A stretch of DNA of 64,000 nt from Paraspadella gotoi (lineage: Eukaryota; Animalia; Chaetognatha): contig CM119266.1 in the NCBI GenBank assembly GCA_051294375.1, positions 22,854,638 through 22,918,637 on the forward strand, written 5' to 3'. A model generated the notes under the pieces. That model worked only from the letters and a program-made list of their open reading frames with translations. It made no database searches and was not told where the DNA came from. The position numbers were made by a program, and so were the translations under genes. Of this stretch, positions 1 through 13,751 are shown one piece after another; within the stretch, counting starts at the first letter, position 1; the number at the start of each line of letters is the position of its first letter.

Positions 1-2531
1 CAAAAGGGGAGCCTTTTTTGCATGTAATAAATTTCACCGTCGCTCTCAACCTTCGCTGAATGCGGTGAATATTCAACGCGAATGACTGGCTGACAACCCT
101 GGTGATCAGAACACACGTTGTTCCCGTTTTAACGCGTTACACATTTATTAAAATATTTTTTACACATTTTTCGGGAATATATATTTATTTTTGATGTTTT
201 GTTTTTTCATTCTTAACAATTTTATTTTTCAGAAGTCCCTTCATTTTCGTAACAACCCTTATCTTTTATCTCTCCGATCCTCAATACCCTTTTTCCTCTA
301 CGCTACTCACTTCTCTTCCGCCACGCCCCCTTCTCCCCCCCCCACACTCCGCCCCCCTTTCACTCGCTGATCCCGGATCGTCAGAGGCTGTTCACTGGTC
401 CGTGGATCCCGGAGGACGAGGGAGGTTAAGGCTCTTCTTGCATATCCTCAGCGAGGCTCAGTAGACGTGAGTAGCTCGAGGGCGCGAAAATTTAAAAATA
501 GCCAAATTCGATGTATATATTTTATAAAATTATAATATTTACTTGTAATTTTCGTTTTTATTGAGAAACAGAAATGGATAGGAACAGTTTAAATTTACGG
601 AGATAAAGAATTCTTCAAAATGACAGGTAATGACGTTAATAAGTTTATATGGAATAGAAATAGATGCAAAAAATCTGGTCTCGATTACTTTTTTATCGAA
701 AGAAAAAAGATTTTTAGTCATAGATGGAGCCAGCGGGATGAAAGATCTAACAACCTTCCTTAACTCTACAATGATTGAGGGGGGGGGGCGCAAGCAGGTG
801 ATCTGGATCGCATCTCGGACGTCAACTTATTTTCTTCATGAAAAGTCAAATCGGGAAAAACTTATTTTTAACAATGATCGTCTCTGTATCCTCGTCGTCT
901 TCGGCATCTTCGCCGTCGGCGGCTGCGGGAGCGGCGGTGGCGAAGGCGGCGGCGGCGGCGACATGAGACCACCCAGAAAGTCCCTCGGATCGGGCGTTTG
1001 GCTTATGATCGTCCTCTGCCCGCCAGGCGCCTCAGATTCTGTCGTGTTTCGCGTCGCGATTTTTTAAAGATCGAGTTTCGATCTTGGATTCGGGAATCGA
1101 GGGGAAGCTGGAAGGAAGGAGAAGTACGAAGAATTACCAATGGGTCGATTAATTAAGATCCGAGGAGAAAAGAATTTGAAATTGGAGAAATTTGCTGACG
1201 TTGAAGATAATTAAAAGTCCCTTTTTTTGACCCAGTTGCGTGGAAAAAAAAGTTTTTCGGGGCGGTTTTTAGGGTTTTGGTTCTTTTTTAAGCAACTAAA
1301 TGTTTGTTTCGATGGTTGTCATAGAAACCAAAATCTAACTTTCTTTTATTCTCACCCTATGTTATCGACTGTCATATAAGTAAGTTTGATTTAATAATCC
1401 ATATGTAATACAAAGTACCAAGTCTTTAGGCTTATTTCAGAGGCCAGACAGCTCCACCTTCTTGCCTTTAAGGGATTAGAGACTCAAGCGCAACCCTAAA
1501 AAAAGGCCCACCTCCAACTTGAAAGGGACGACGGGACCACCCCTGCCGAGACCAACTCGAATTCTCTACGACTTCTCTCTCAGTTTTTCTCGAAAGGAAA
1601 TTCTGGTTCTTCATCCATAACGGGATCAAGGACTCTGCCGACGGAAGAACGAAGACACGAGCGGGAGGATGACGACGTCGTCGCGATGACGACGACGAAT
1701 AAGACGACGACGAAGACGATAAAAAATACCCCTAGGGATCGATAGAAAATAGTACCAAAGTTAATTAGCAACGAATTCTGAATAAAAGTTTACTTGATTG
1801 CAAATACGATATACTGTCGTTTGGCTTAGCACAGAATCTAGCAAATATTATTTTTCTCCCCCCCCCCAAAAAAAAATATTTTTTTCTGATTCGTTCGTCG
1901 TAATTCATCTTCGTCTCGTTTCTGTGAGACAGTTTTTATTTATTTTTTTATCATTTTTATTTTATTTTTGTTTCAGCGGCAGGGCATGAAAACCGCGAAA
2001 CAGTTAAACGATTAATAACGTTTTAGTCGTCGACTGAGACGGTTATAAAAAAAAATAACTCGATTTCTTTGTAGAAGAAGAAGCCACGTCTTGGAAAAAG
2101 GAAGAAGAAAAAGGGAAAAAAAAGAAGAAAATACGCATGAAAAAGAAAAAAGAGGAGGAAAACTGAAAGAAAAAAAAAGAGAAGAAGAAGAAGAAAAAAT
2201 GAAAAGAGGGACGGGAGGGGGGGCAAGTCTCGCAATGGATTCTCCAAAGGACATTTGCTTAACGACGAGAAAACGAAAAATAAAACGACGAAAAAAAAAG
2301 AAAGAAAGAAAAAAGAAAAGGAAAAGATGAAATAAAAAAGGGAATATTTTAAAGGCTTTTGATTTTCCGTCCCACAGATGCCGCCTAGGGTTTCAAAGCC
2401 TAAATATTCTAAAGCGAAAAAAAATTGAAACACGCAAACTTCGAGCGGCGAGAATAATTTTATCTTTTTTTTTTTTTTTTTCTTTCTTTCTTTCTTCTTT
2501 CTTTTCTTTTCTTTCTTTCTTTCTTTCTTCT

Positions 2532-2563
<32 letters not shown>

Positions 2564-4038
2564 TTATTTCTCCCTTCATCTTTCATATTGTTATTTTCTT
2601 TTTCATTGGTTTGTTTTCTTTATTTCTTTTTCATTATTTTGTAATATCCTAACCGATCAAAATACTTGATGAAAATATTAAACCGTACCAGAGCAAAGAA
2701 ATAAATTGACATTAAACATTCTATGAATATCGTGGCAAGACTTAAAGGAAAGGATTGAAATATTGCCATACGCCTTATTAGTCTTGGAGTGGTCTTAAAT
2801 GCACTGAGAATAAATCAAATATGAATTGAAATTAAAAAAAAGATCAAAACTTCATTTTCGTCTGTCGTCACGCAATCGGACTCGACTGAGATTTATGCAT
2901 CGATTTTTATTTTCTCAAGTTGATTTTAATTAAGCAGAATAAATTTAATTGATAACGATCCTGAGGCCAAAACTGAAGTTCATAACCCAGAGTACCTTCG
3001 TGTAGTCGATATTGTATTTGCTATGAAATATTTAAATTAATTTCTCTATTCAAAATCGAAATATCAAACTGAACCAAGAGCATGCTTCTAACATTCTTGT
3101 GCAACTAATCGAAGTAAATCAAGATTATTTTAGAACGAATTATTTTTTTTTTAGGACTCAAATAAAAAGAAGAAAACGATGTAAAAATAATTTCGAATAT
3201 TCTCGATCTCTCATGTTATTGAATTGTGACGCAAACTGTTTCTCTCACCAACACAAAAAAACAAATCGTAAGTTCGACAGTAACTGTCCGTCCTCCGATT
3301 TGGTCTCGGTCCCCCACGGCCGCTCCGCCCGCCCGTCAGCCCGACAGGCACGACCGCGCCGGCTCGACCGCCGGGTTGCCCTCCCCTTCGACCCGTAAAA
3401 GTCGAAATTTACGAGGTTTTTAACTGAGCCTCCGATCGTAAAACATGACGATCGGTTCTCGCGCGTAAATTCGGAAATAAAAAAAAATCATTCTTTGTTT
3501 TGTTTGGCTTCGGGGAGTGAAGTGACTAAGGTTGGAAAAGAGGGTGGTGGGTGTGGTGGGGGAGGTGGAGTGGGGAGTAGATTGTCGTTGAATGAAAATA
3601 ACCAATCAGAGGTTAAAGAATAGAAAATACTAAACCTTTTATTTGTTTAAAGTCATTTTTAATTATCGTCTCATCATTAGTAATGAGTACATTGAAAACA
3701 TTTTAGAAAATATTTTGTTTCCATTTTTTATAAAGATTAGATTGCCAATTACATTTTTTTAAGTGCGTCTAAACAAGGCTGTAAATATCTCATCCTACTC
3801 CTAGAATCGAGAGAGTTTTTTTTCGCCCTGAAAAAGGCAGATCAAGAACTCTAGAAAAAAGAAGATAAAAAGAAAAGAAGTCATCCTCAGCGTCAAATGT
3901 CTATCACGCCTCTCAAACGACGCAGTTACTCAAACGGCAATCGGAAGGGGATCAACTAGAATCGCTGTTAGATCACCGTGAAAACGTTTTTTAGAGTGTC
4001 ACTAAGATTAGAAAAGAAATAAATAAAAATATTTAAAA

Positions 4039-4163
<125 letters not shown>

Positions 4164-4346
4164 GGGGTCTTTTTTTCGATACATGAGTCTGCCAGTAGGC
4201 GTCGTCATCGGGATGAATTTTCGCCAATGCGGATCCTCGACGCGAAAAAATTCGACCAATCAGAAGTCGAGAATTTCCGCCTGGGCGAGAAAGAGAAAGA
4301 GACGAGGCGGCGAATAGCAAGGAGGAGAGAGAGACGCAGAGGCATT

Positions 4347-4377
<31 letters not shown>

Positions 4378-4506
4378 GAAGGGGGATAATAGTTTGTACT
4401 CTTTTCAGCGGGGATCAAAATTTATGGACAGTTTTATGGGGCACTCGTCGGAAGGTACATAAACGGTCGGGGGCTTATCAAGAAAGCATAGAAGTCGAGA
4501 GAGAGA

Positions 4507-4599
<93 letters not shown>

Positions 4600-5132
4600 T
4601 CTGTCGAGCTGAAAGAAAAAAAGTTAATCCTTCTTAAATTGTTTTAAAAGATTTCTTTCCATTTTTTTTTGACAATTTAAACTAAATAGACTTTATGTAT
4701 CTCTATTAAATTGTCTATTGAACGGACTCTGTTCCTTCCGTCTGTAAACCCGAGGGAGAAAGACAGACAGACAGGCAGAAAGGGCGGATGTCAGAAAAAA
4801 GCAACATGAGCGAGAGCGAGACAAGAAAGGACGAGAGAGAGACAGAGTTTCTCGAGCGTTGGGACTTTTTAGAGGTCGGTAAACCTTAGCCAAGGGCAAA
4901 CGGTAATTGAAATCTCTTCCCTGATATTTGCATTTTTGCCCCTTTCATTTTTTTGGTGTCGTTGACACATGTATTCAACAGCTGCAATTTAAATACACTT
5001 TAAATAAACAGTGTGATATTTGCGTAGGGAAATTTGTTTAATGAAAGACATATATATTCTTCTTACTCTCTAGTATATATAATTATTCAAATTTACTTTC
5101 TTTTCTCTTGCTTTACGTATTTAATTCCCTTG

Positions 5133-5234
<102 letters not shown>

Positions 5235-5551
5235 ATCATTTCCTCTGATTTTTTATGTTTATCTCTCCCTTTTCCCCAACATCTCGCTCCACTTTTTCTC
5301 ATCTCTTGAATTTTTAATCTCTGGGATTTTTTTTTAATCTGTCTGTCTCGCTCGCTCTCTCTTGCTCTTTCTCTCTCTCTCTTTCTCTCTCGCTGCCTCT
5401 TTCGCTCCCTCGCCTTCGAATATTTAATGAGGCCGGTTAAACGAAAACTCCTGATATATTTTTGTGAGATGTATCAAAAGATTTCTTTATTTATTTATTT
5501 ATTATGAAATATAGATTTAGTAACCCATATAGGTCTTCCTATTGATGGAGA

Positions 5552-5592
5552 AAACCTAAACCTAAATCTGAACCTAAATCTAAATCTAAACC
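5552..5592. repeat. Short degenerate hexamer repeat (AACCTA/AATCTA)
   Basis: AAACCTAAACCTAAATCTGAACCTAAATCTAAATCTAAACC. Confidence 0.7.
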
Positions 5593-6686
5593 ATTATTCA
5601 CAAACATATACGTATTTTACGTTGTCCTTAAAACTGACTAAAAAGGTGTTTGTATAATATGTAAATACGTAAAATAAAAAGGTTTTTATGTGAAAGTTTT
5701 AAACGCCATATTTTATGTCTTCTTTTATTCCCTTTGAAAGATAAAAAAAGTTTTTTCCCTCGATGAATATTCACGGTAATGAGAGGAGAGAATAAGGGAG
5801 AGGGAGTGTCTCTAACGAGAGAGATAGAGAAAGAGAAAGAGAGACAGGGNNNNNNNNNNNNNNNNNNNNNNNNNNNNNNNNNNNNNNNNNNNNNNNNNNN
5901 NNNNNNNNNNNNNNNNNNNNNNNNNNNNNNNNNNNNNNNNNNNNNNNNNNNNNNNNNNNNNNNNNNNNNNNNNNNNNNNNNNNNNNNNNNNNNNNNNNNN
6001 NNNNNNNNNNNNNNNNNNNNNNNNNNNNNNNNNNNNNNNNNNNNNNNNNNNNNNNNNNNNNNNNNNNNNNNNNNNNNNNNNNNNNNNNNNNNNNNNNNNN
6101 NNNNNNNNNNNNNNNNNNNNNNNNNNNNNNNNNNNNNNNNNNNNNNNNNNNNNNNNNNNNNNNNNNNNNNNNNNNNNNNNNNNNNNNNNNNNNNNNNNNN
6201 NNNNNNNNNNNNNNNNNNNNNNNNNNNNNNNNNNNNNNNNNNNNNNNNNNNNNNNNNNNNNNNNNNNNNNNNNNNNNNNNNNNNNNNNNNNNNNNNNNNN
6301 NNNNNNNNNNNNNNNNNNNNNNNNNNNNNNNNNNNNNNNNNNNNNNNNNNNNNNNNNNNNNNNNNNNNNNNNNNNNNNNNNNNNNNNNNNNNNNNNNNNN
6401 NNNNNNNNNNNNNNNNNNNNNNNNNNNNNNNNNNNNNNNNNNNNNNNNNNNNNNNNNNNNNNNAAAAAATTTGCGAACAAATTTTCTCATCTGTTCTTCA
6501 AAAAGAAAAAGAAGCGGACGGATTTCAACTGAAGAGATAAAAAAAAAGCTATGGCTTTCGTGGAGCTTATCGGAAATTGTATGGAAAGCAATATTCCGTC
6601 TCTCTATTCCTTCCCAAGCTTGGAGACCACCTTTGGCTCCTGCCTCGAAATGTCAACTTGCCCCATTCATCATTTTATCATTTCCA

Positions 6687-6736
<50 letters not shown>

Positions 6737-6779
6737 TTTATATACGTTTCTCGCCCGGGCAAAAAATACCGCGGGAGTC

Positions 6780-7370
6780 GGCAACACCTCGCGCAACCAT
6801 TTATCAATGGAAGACTCTGGGATAATTGGGAGTTATTATGGCGAATGTGAAATTGAAGGTCATCCAATGAAAGGGCGGTATTTTGGCGGGCCGGCGCCCA
6901 GTCAAGGCTACGAGCCAATCAGCCGTCAACCTTTCCCGGACTTCCTCCAATCAAATGACGATGAAAAAGAGAAGTGAATTAACACCGAGCGCACTTTGAA
7001 AGAGATTATATCTTCACCAAAATCTACGTACATTAGAAAAAAACGTGTTTAGAATCATGTCAACAAAAGTGCGATACATAAATAACGATCGCTAGTGGCT
7101 ACTTCAGTTAAAATCTCTTTCGTTATCCTGACGGTAAGTTGCTAAAAACATCACGAGATACGTTGCGCCAATCAGTGACCAGTTATTCCACCGACGACGA
7201 AATCGAAAGTCGTCGGTGCTTTCTGTCCAATGAGAAACTAGGATATTCCGCCCGTCTCGACCAATCGCTGGCCGGGTCTCGGCCTTGGATAATTCGAAAG
7301 AAGGGAAAAAGTAAAATTCGCCGGAAGCAGTAGGCGGGACACGCGAGATTATCCGACCTGGGCGAAAGAG
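6780..7370. promoter_or_regulatory. Promoter-like module with six co-oriented CCAAT boxes and E2F/ETS-like motifs
   Basis: CCAAT at 6864, 6915, 6947, 7168, 7227 and 7261; TTTTGGCGGG ~6881; CCGGAAG 7321; GGCGGGA 7333; CpG-rich. Motif evidence only. Confidence 0.45.
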
Positions 7371-8970
7371 GGAGGATGAGGAGGAAGAGAAAAAAGATCT
7401 CATCTCATTCCACGGGATAAAATCTTCGTCGTTTTTGTTGTCGTCGTTTTTATTTGGGTTTTTCGTTGAGTTTATTTTAGTTAGAGCTTTTTCCCCCAAT
7501 AAACGGTTGACCGAGTTCCTACAAAGTGGACCAAAATAGTTTTTTTTTTCCATTCTTGATTTACTCTTGAGTCTCGTTTCATATTTAAATATAATTTATG
7601 AATATTATAAATAAGGATTATCGGAGTTTCGATATCTACGATATCAGATTGTCGATGTTCTTTAAGTGGATAATTGGCAGATCTATGACTAAAGCGTTCG
7701 CTTTATAGAATTAAAAAAGAGCNNNNNNNNNNNNNNNNNNNNNNNNNNNNNNNNNNNNNNNNNNNNNNNNNNNNNNNNNNNNNNNNNNNNNNNNNNNNNN
7801 NNNNNNNNNNNNNNNNNNNNNNNNNNNNNNNNNNNNNNNNNNNNNNNNNNNNNNNNNNNNNNNNNNNNNNNNNNNNNNNNNNNNNNNNNNNNNNNNNNNN
7901 NNNNAAAAAATAGGAAATTCTAATTAGGTTTTGGTTCTTTCGCGTCCTCTTCCTTTTCAAATGCAAACAAATAGAAAACAGAGAAACCCGAAATCAGTCA
8001 AACATGAAAGCGCGACCGAGACAGAGAGAGGAATGAAAGGAAAAGGGGAAAAGAAAAAAAAGAGAAAAAAAGGGAAAGAAAGAGAGAAGGGGGGAAGGAG
8101 GGAGAGAAAGAGAGAGTCTTTGAGACATGAAAACGGAGCCAAGAATCCGATGAAAACGAAGGCAGCGACGCCAACAAGAAATCAACAAAAGAAAAGCAAA
8201 AACAATGAATTCTTTACTTTTTTCTCCTCTTTTTATTTTATTTCTAAACCCCGTTCCTTTGTTTTTTCTTCTTTTTACCATTTCGGTTTTTTTTNNNNNN
8301 NNNNNNNNNNNNNNNNNNNNNNNNNNNNNNNNNNNNNNNNNNNNNNNNNNNNNNNNNNNNNNNNNNNNNNNNNNNNNNNNNNNNNNNNNNNNNNNNNNNN
8401 NNNNNNNNNNNNNNNNNNNNNNNNNNNNNNNNNNNNNNNNNNNNNNNNNNNNNNNNNNNNNNNNNNNNNNNNNNNNNNNNNNNNNNNNNNNNNNNNNNNN
8501 NNNNNNNNNNNNNNNNNNNNNNNNNNNNNNNNNNNNNNNNNNNNNNNNNNNNNNNNNNNNNNNNNNNNNNNNNNNNNNNNNNNACAGCCGCTAGAGTGCA
8601 CTGACGCCATCCATAATCAATGAAAAACCAAGATGGCTGAACCTCTCCGCTGCCGCGGCAGCGTTTTCTGCTGCTGACGTTGCTGCGACAGCAGCGGCGG
8701 CGGCCGGCGCCAGCGCTTGCGTAAGGAGCATTTGAAGCGAGAGAGACGGCCCAGCGACGGAATATCCAATTCCATTCTTTAGATTTTTTTTTCATCGTGG
8801 ATTTTTCTTTATTCGCTTCTCTCTTCCTTTCAAATTCTCTCTCTCTCTCTCTCTCAAACTGACACACTTAAGCTATAAGAAGTGGTATCAAATCAATAAT
8901 AATTTTAAATATTAGACTATCTGATTTATCAAGAAATAAATACCGGTCTGATTACAACCTTTGCTTTATT

Positions 8971-9115
8971 ATGAAATTGGTACAGTCCAATATTAAAAGA
9001 ATTATTCCATTCATTTTAAATAAACTTAAGCTATCTTGCCCGTGACTCTTGGACGTGCTTGGTGGCTTTAAGGCCTCAATCACTCTTACAGACTAACTGA
9101 TATAGCAGGTCCCTT
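8971..9115 (-). mobile_element. Truncated copy of the same dispersed repeat family
   Basis: ATGAAATTGGTAC...CCATTCATT...AAGCTATCTTGCCC...AAGGCCTCAATCACTCTTAC...ATAGCAGGTCCCT. It has the same left end as the 15236 copy and is re-read at ~19895-20036. Confidence 0.65.
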
Positions 9116-9366
9116 GCTAAAAATCCGCTTTTTACTTTTATTTTTGTTTCCTCGTTACATTTCGAAAGCATTTCGTGTTTCCTCATTTTCTTTATTCCCA
9201 GTTTTCCCGATTCATCCGGTTTTCGTATCCTTCTTTTTAGCTGATTTCTTTTAAAGAACTCGCTTTCTAAAACATCTTCTAAACCCCCATTATTCTCATT
9301 ATCGTTCCACCCATTGCCCCCTTACCCCATCCTCACCCCGGCCAGCCCGCCCCCCCCCCCCCCCCC

Positions 9367-12300
9367 CACTATGAGCCATAGTAAGGTGGACAGCAGAAAA
9401 TTTCACTTTTACAGCTCGCTACCCACCTGTTAACCAACTACACTATGAAGCCATAGTAAGAGTGCGACAGCCAGAAAATTTCCAACAGCCTCGCTACCAC
9501 CTGTAACCACTACCACTATGAAGCCATCAGTTAAGGTGACAGCCAGAAAATTTTTCATACAGTCCTCGCTACCCACCTTAACCACTACACTATTGAAGCC
9601 ATAGTAAGGTGCGGACAGCAAGAAAATTTCATACCAGCCTCGCTACCCCACCGTAACCACTTACACTATGAGGCCATAGTAAGCGTGGACAGCAGAAAAT
9701 TTCATACAGCCTCGCTTACCCACTGTAAGCCACTTACAACTTATGAAGCCATTAGTAAGGTGGACAGCAGAAAATTTCATACAGCCCTCGCTACCCCACC
9801 GAACACTACACTATGGAAGCCATAGATAAGTGTGGACAAGCAGAAATTTTCATACCAGCCTCCGCTACCCACCTGCTAACCCACTACACATATGAAGCCC
9901 ATCAGTAATGGATGGACAGCAGAAAATCTTCAGTACCAGCCTCGCTACAACCCCTGTAACCCACTACACTATTGAAAGCCATGTAAGGTGGACAGCCCAG
10001 AAAATTCATGACACCTCGCACCCACCTGTTAACCACGTACACTATGACAAAGCCATAGAAGGTGGACGCAGAAAATTTCATTACAGCCTCGTCTACCCAC
10101 CTGTAACCATACACTATGAAGCCATAGTAAGCGTGACAGCAGAAAATTTGCATAACAGCCTCGCTACCCACCTGTAACCACTACACTTATTGAACAGGCC
10201 ATCAGTTAAAGGTGGACAGCAGAAAAAATTTCATTACAGCCTCGCTACCCACCTGTAACCACTACACTATGAAGCCCATAGTAAGGTGGGACAGCAGAAC
10301 TCTCAGGGGAAGAAAGATTTTCATACGAGCCTCGTACCCACCTTGTCAACCACTACACTATGAAGCCCATAAGTAAGAGTGGACAGCCAGAAAATTTCAT
10401 AACAGCCCTCGCTACCCACCTGTAACCACTACACTATTATGGAGCCATAGTAGTAAGCCGATGTGGAATCAGCAGAAAGAAAATTTCATACAGCCTCGCT
10501 ACCCACCCCGTAACCACTACACTTATGAAGCCATAGTAAGGTGGGACAGCAGAAAATTTCATTATCAGCCTACGCTACCCCACCTGTAAACCACCACACT
10601 TATGAAGCCATAGGTAAGGTGGACACAGAGAAAATTTCATACCAAAGCCTCGTACCCACCTGTAACCACTACACATGAAGCCATAGTAAGTGTGCGACAG
10701 CAGAAAATTTCATACAGCCTCGCTACCCACCTGTAACCACTACACTATAGAAGCCATAGTAAAGGTGCAGACAGCCAAAAATTTCATATTACAGCCTTCG
10801 CGCTATCCCACCTGTAACCACTTACACTATATTGAAGCCCATTTAGTAAGGGTGGACCAGCCAGAAAATTTCATACAGCCTCGCTTACCCACCTGTAACC
10901 ACTTTACACTATGAAGCCATAGTAAGGGACAGCAAAAAATTTCATTACAGCCTCAGCTACCACCTGTGAACCACTACTATCTATTGAAGCCATAGCTTAA
11001 GCGTGGACAGCAGAAAATTCAATACAGCCCTTCCCGCTCACCCACCTGTAATCCACACACTATGAAGCCATAATAAGTGTGGACAGCAGAAAATTTACAT
11101 ACACCTGCTTACCCACCTGTAACCACTAACACTATGAAGCCATAGTAAAGGTGAGACCAGCAGAAAATCTTCATACAAGTTGTCCTTCGCTACCCACCCT
11201 GTAAACCACCACACTATGAAAGCATAGTAAGGTCGCGACAGTCCATAGAATATTCTCAATACAGATCCCTCGGCCTACCCACCTGTAACCACTACACTAT
11301 GAAGCCATAGTAAGGTGGACAGCAGAAAATTTCACTACAGCCTCGCTACCCACCTGTAACCACCACACTTTTGAAGCCATAGGTAAGGTTACAGCAGACA
11401 AATTCATACAGCCTCGCCTACCCACCTGTAACCACTACACTATGAAGCCTAGTTAAGGTGGACAGCAGAAAATTTCATACAAGCCTCCTCGCTACCCACC
11501 TGTAACCATACACTATGAAGCCATAGTAAGGTGGACAGCAGAAAAAGAAAATTTCATACAGCCTCGTACACCACCTGTTACCACTACACTTAGAAGCCAT
11601 ACAGTAAGTGTTGACAGCATGAAAAAGCTTGCATACCAGCCTCGCTACCCCCACCTGTAACCACTACACTATGAAGCCATAGTTAAGGTGCGACAGCAGA
11701 AAATTTCATACAGCCTCGCTACCCACCTGTAACCACTACACTATGAAAGCATAAGTAAGGTGGACATGCAAGAAAATTTTCCATACAGCCTCGCTACCCC
11801 ACCCTCTGTAACCACTACACTATGAAAGCCATATAACGGTGGACAGAAGAAAACTTTTCATTACAGCCTCGCTACCACCTGTAACCCATACCACTATGAA
11901 TGCCATAGTAAGGTGGACAGCCAGAAAATTTCCATACAGCCCGCTACCCACCTGTAACCACTACCCACTATGAAGCCCATAGGTAAGGTGGACTAAGCCA
12001 GAAAATTCATACAGCCCTCGCTAACCCACCTGTAACCACTAACTATGAAGCCGCATAGTAAGGTGGACAGCAAGAAGAAATTTCATACAGCCTCGCTACC
12101 CACCTTTAACACTTACACTGATGAAGCCATAGAAGGTGGACAGCAGAAATTCATACAGCCTCGGCCTACCCACCTGTTGAACCACTACACATTGAAGCCA
12201 TTTTAGTAAGGTGGACAGCAGAAGAATTTCATACAGCCTCGCTACCCACCTGAACCACTACACTGATGAAGCCATAGTAAGCGGGACAGCAGAAAATTTC

Positions 12301-12592
12301 ATTACAGCCCTCGCTACCCACCTGTACCACTACACTATGAAGCCTATAGTAAGGTGACAGCAGTCCAGAAACATTTCAACAAGCCCGTCGCTTTACCCAC
12401 CTTTGTGAAACCACTACACTATGAAGCCATTAGTAACGTGGACAGCAAAAATTTCATACAGCCTCGCTACCCACCTGTAACCACTACACTATTGAAGCCA
12501 TAGTAAGTATGGGACAGAGAGAAAATTTCATACAGCCTCGCTACCCACCTCGTAACCCTTACACTATAAGCCATAGTAAGTGGACATCAGAA
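9367..12592. repeat. Tandem array of a 70-bp unit, roughly 43-45 copies
   Basis: Consensus read by eye: CACTATGAAGCCATAGTAAGGTGGACAGCAGAAAATTTCATACAGCCTCGCTACCCACCTGTAACCACTA. Differences between copies are scattered indels typical of raw long reads. No spacers. Confidence 0.97.
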
Positions 12593-13496
12593 TTCCGCGC
12601 TAGTTTTCTTAAGCAATTTAAGCCACCAACCCACCCACCTCCATAATTTGTTTTGATTTTATCTATTAGCCAAAAAGCTTTATCCTTTGGAACTTGTTGA
12701 TTGAAAAGTAATTGCAGTCTATACCCACTTCATTTTGCCTTTGAGCGAGTAATCTTCAATTTCTATTGTTGGTGTTTAATTTAGGGAATGCGCAATCTAA
12801 TTATAATATGTCATCTCTATAACATGTAAGTTCCTTAAGATTTTTTTATTTCTTCATTTCTTAAAAAATAAATACTACAATATGCAAATTAGAGTTATAA
12901 ATACTCAAAGCGTTTTTTTAGAAATAATGCAAAATACAGTCAGAGAAAATTTTTTTTATTTACAAACTTTAAAAATTATTAAGCAAAAGGATAATTACTA
13001 AAAAATTGTAAAAATTCCAATTGTAAACAATTGTAACATTTCTTTTTCCTTTCTTTTATTTCTGTTTAAATTATATATAAAACTGTTTTCTTCTTCATAT
13101 TTTTGTCAGTTGCGCCTTTTCTAAAACCCTTAAAAAACAAGTCTCAGCGCCTGCGCCAGGTGACTGTTCAAGCTGCCTTCCAGCGGCTGTCCAGCTATCT
13201 CTGTTTTCTGTCTGTCTTTCTCTTTCGTCTCTCTCTCTCTTGTACGATCTCTTGCGTGATCGCTTTTTTTAAAAAAAACTTGAATATTTTTTGTCCCTTT
13301 TTTAAAAACTTTTATTTAATCGCCATTCTATTTCGCGATTTTTTCTCAAGTGGCAAAATCCCAAATTTCACATCCGAGATTTCGTGATTTATTCACTCTT
13401 TTCTCTCTCTCTTCGTCAATCTCTCTCTTCTTTTCTCTCGTATCTTCACTCAACACGCATTTGCCTTGTTTTTACTTTATGATGATTGATTCATGA

Positions 13497-13751
13497 TCAA
13501 GAATGACTATCATCGCATCAATGAATGACTATTCATCTTATCCAATGAATGATTATCATCACATCAATGAATGACGTATCATTGCATCAACGCATTTGGT
13601 TATTTATCACCATCAATCATTTGGTAATTTCATAAAATCGATCATTTGGGTTATCATCGCATCAATTATTGGTTATCATCGCCATCAATATTCGGTTATC
13701 ATCGCATCATATCATTTGCGTTATCATCGCACCAATATTTTGGTTATCATT
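13497..13751. repeat. ~22-23 bp minisatellite, about 11 copies, two subtypes
   Basis: ATCAATGAATGACTATCATCGC in the first copies, switching to ATCAAT(C/A)TTTGGTTATCATCGC in later copies. Confidence 0.85.

Noticed and set aside
890-1060. GCC/GGC-rich stretch as a possible Hox3 exon
   Set aside because: Low complexity, no Hox motifs, and short open frames.
5552-5592. Interstitial telomeric repeat
   Set aside because: Only ~7 degenerate hexamers, not a canonical animal telomere motif.
9367-12592. CRISPR array, hammerhead array or spliced-leader array interpretation of the 70-bp repeat
   Set aside because: There are no unique spacers or cas genes and the context is eukaryotic. CTGATGA appears only in two copies as a probable read insertion. 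The unit seems too short for an SL RNA gene repeat despite CAG|GTGGGT and AATTTTCTG-like motifs.
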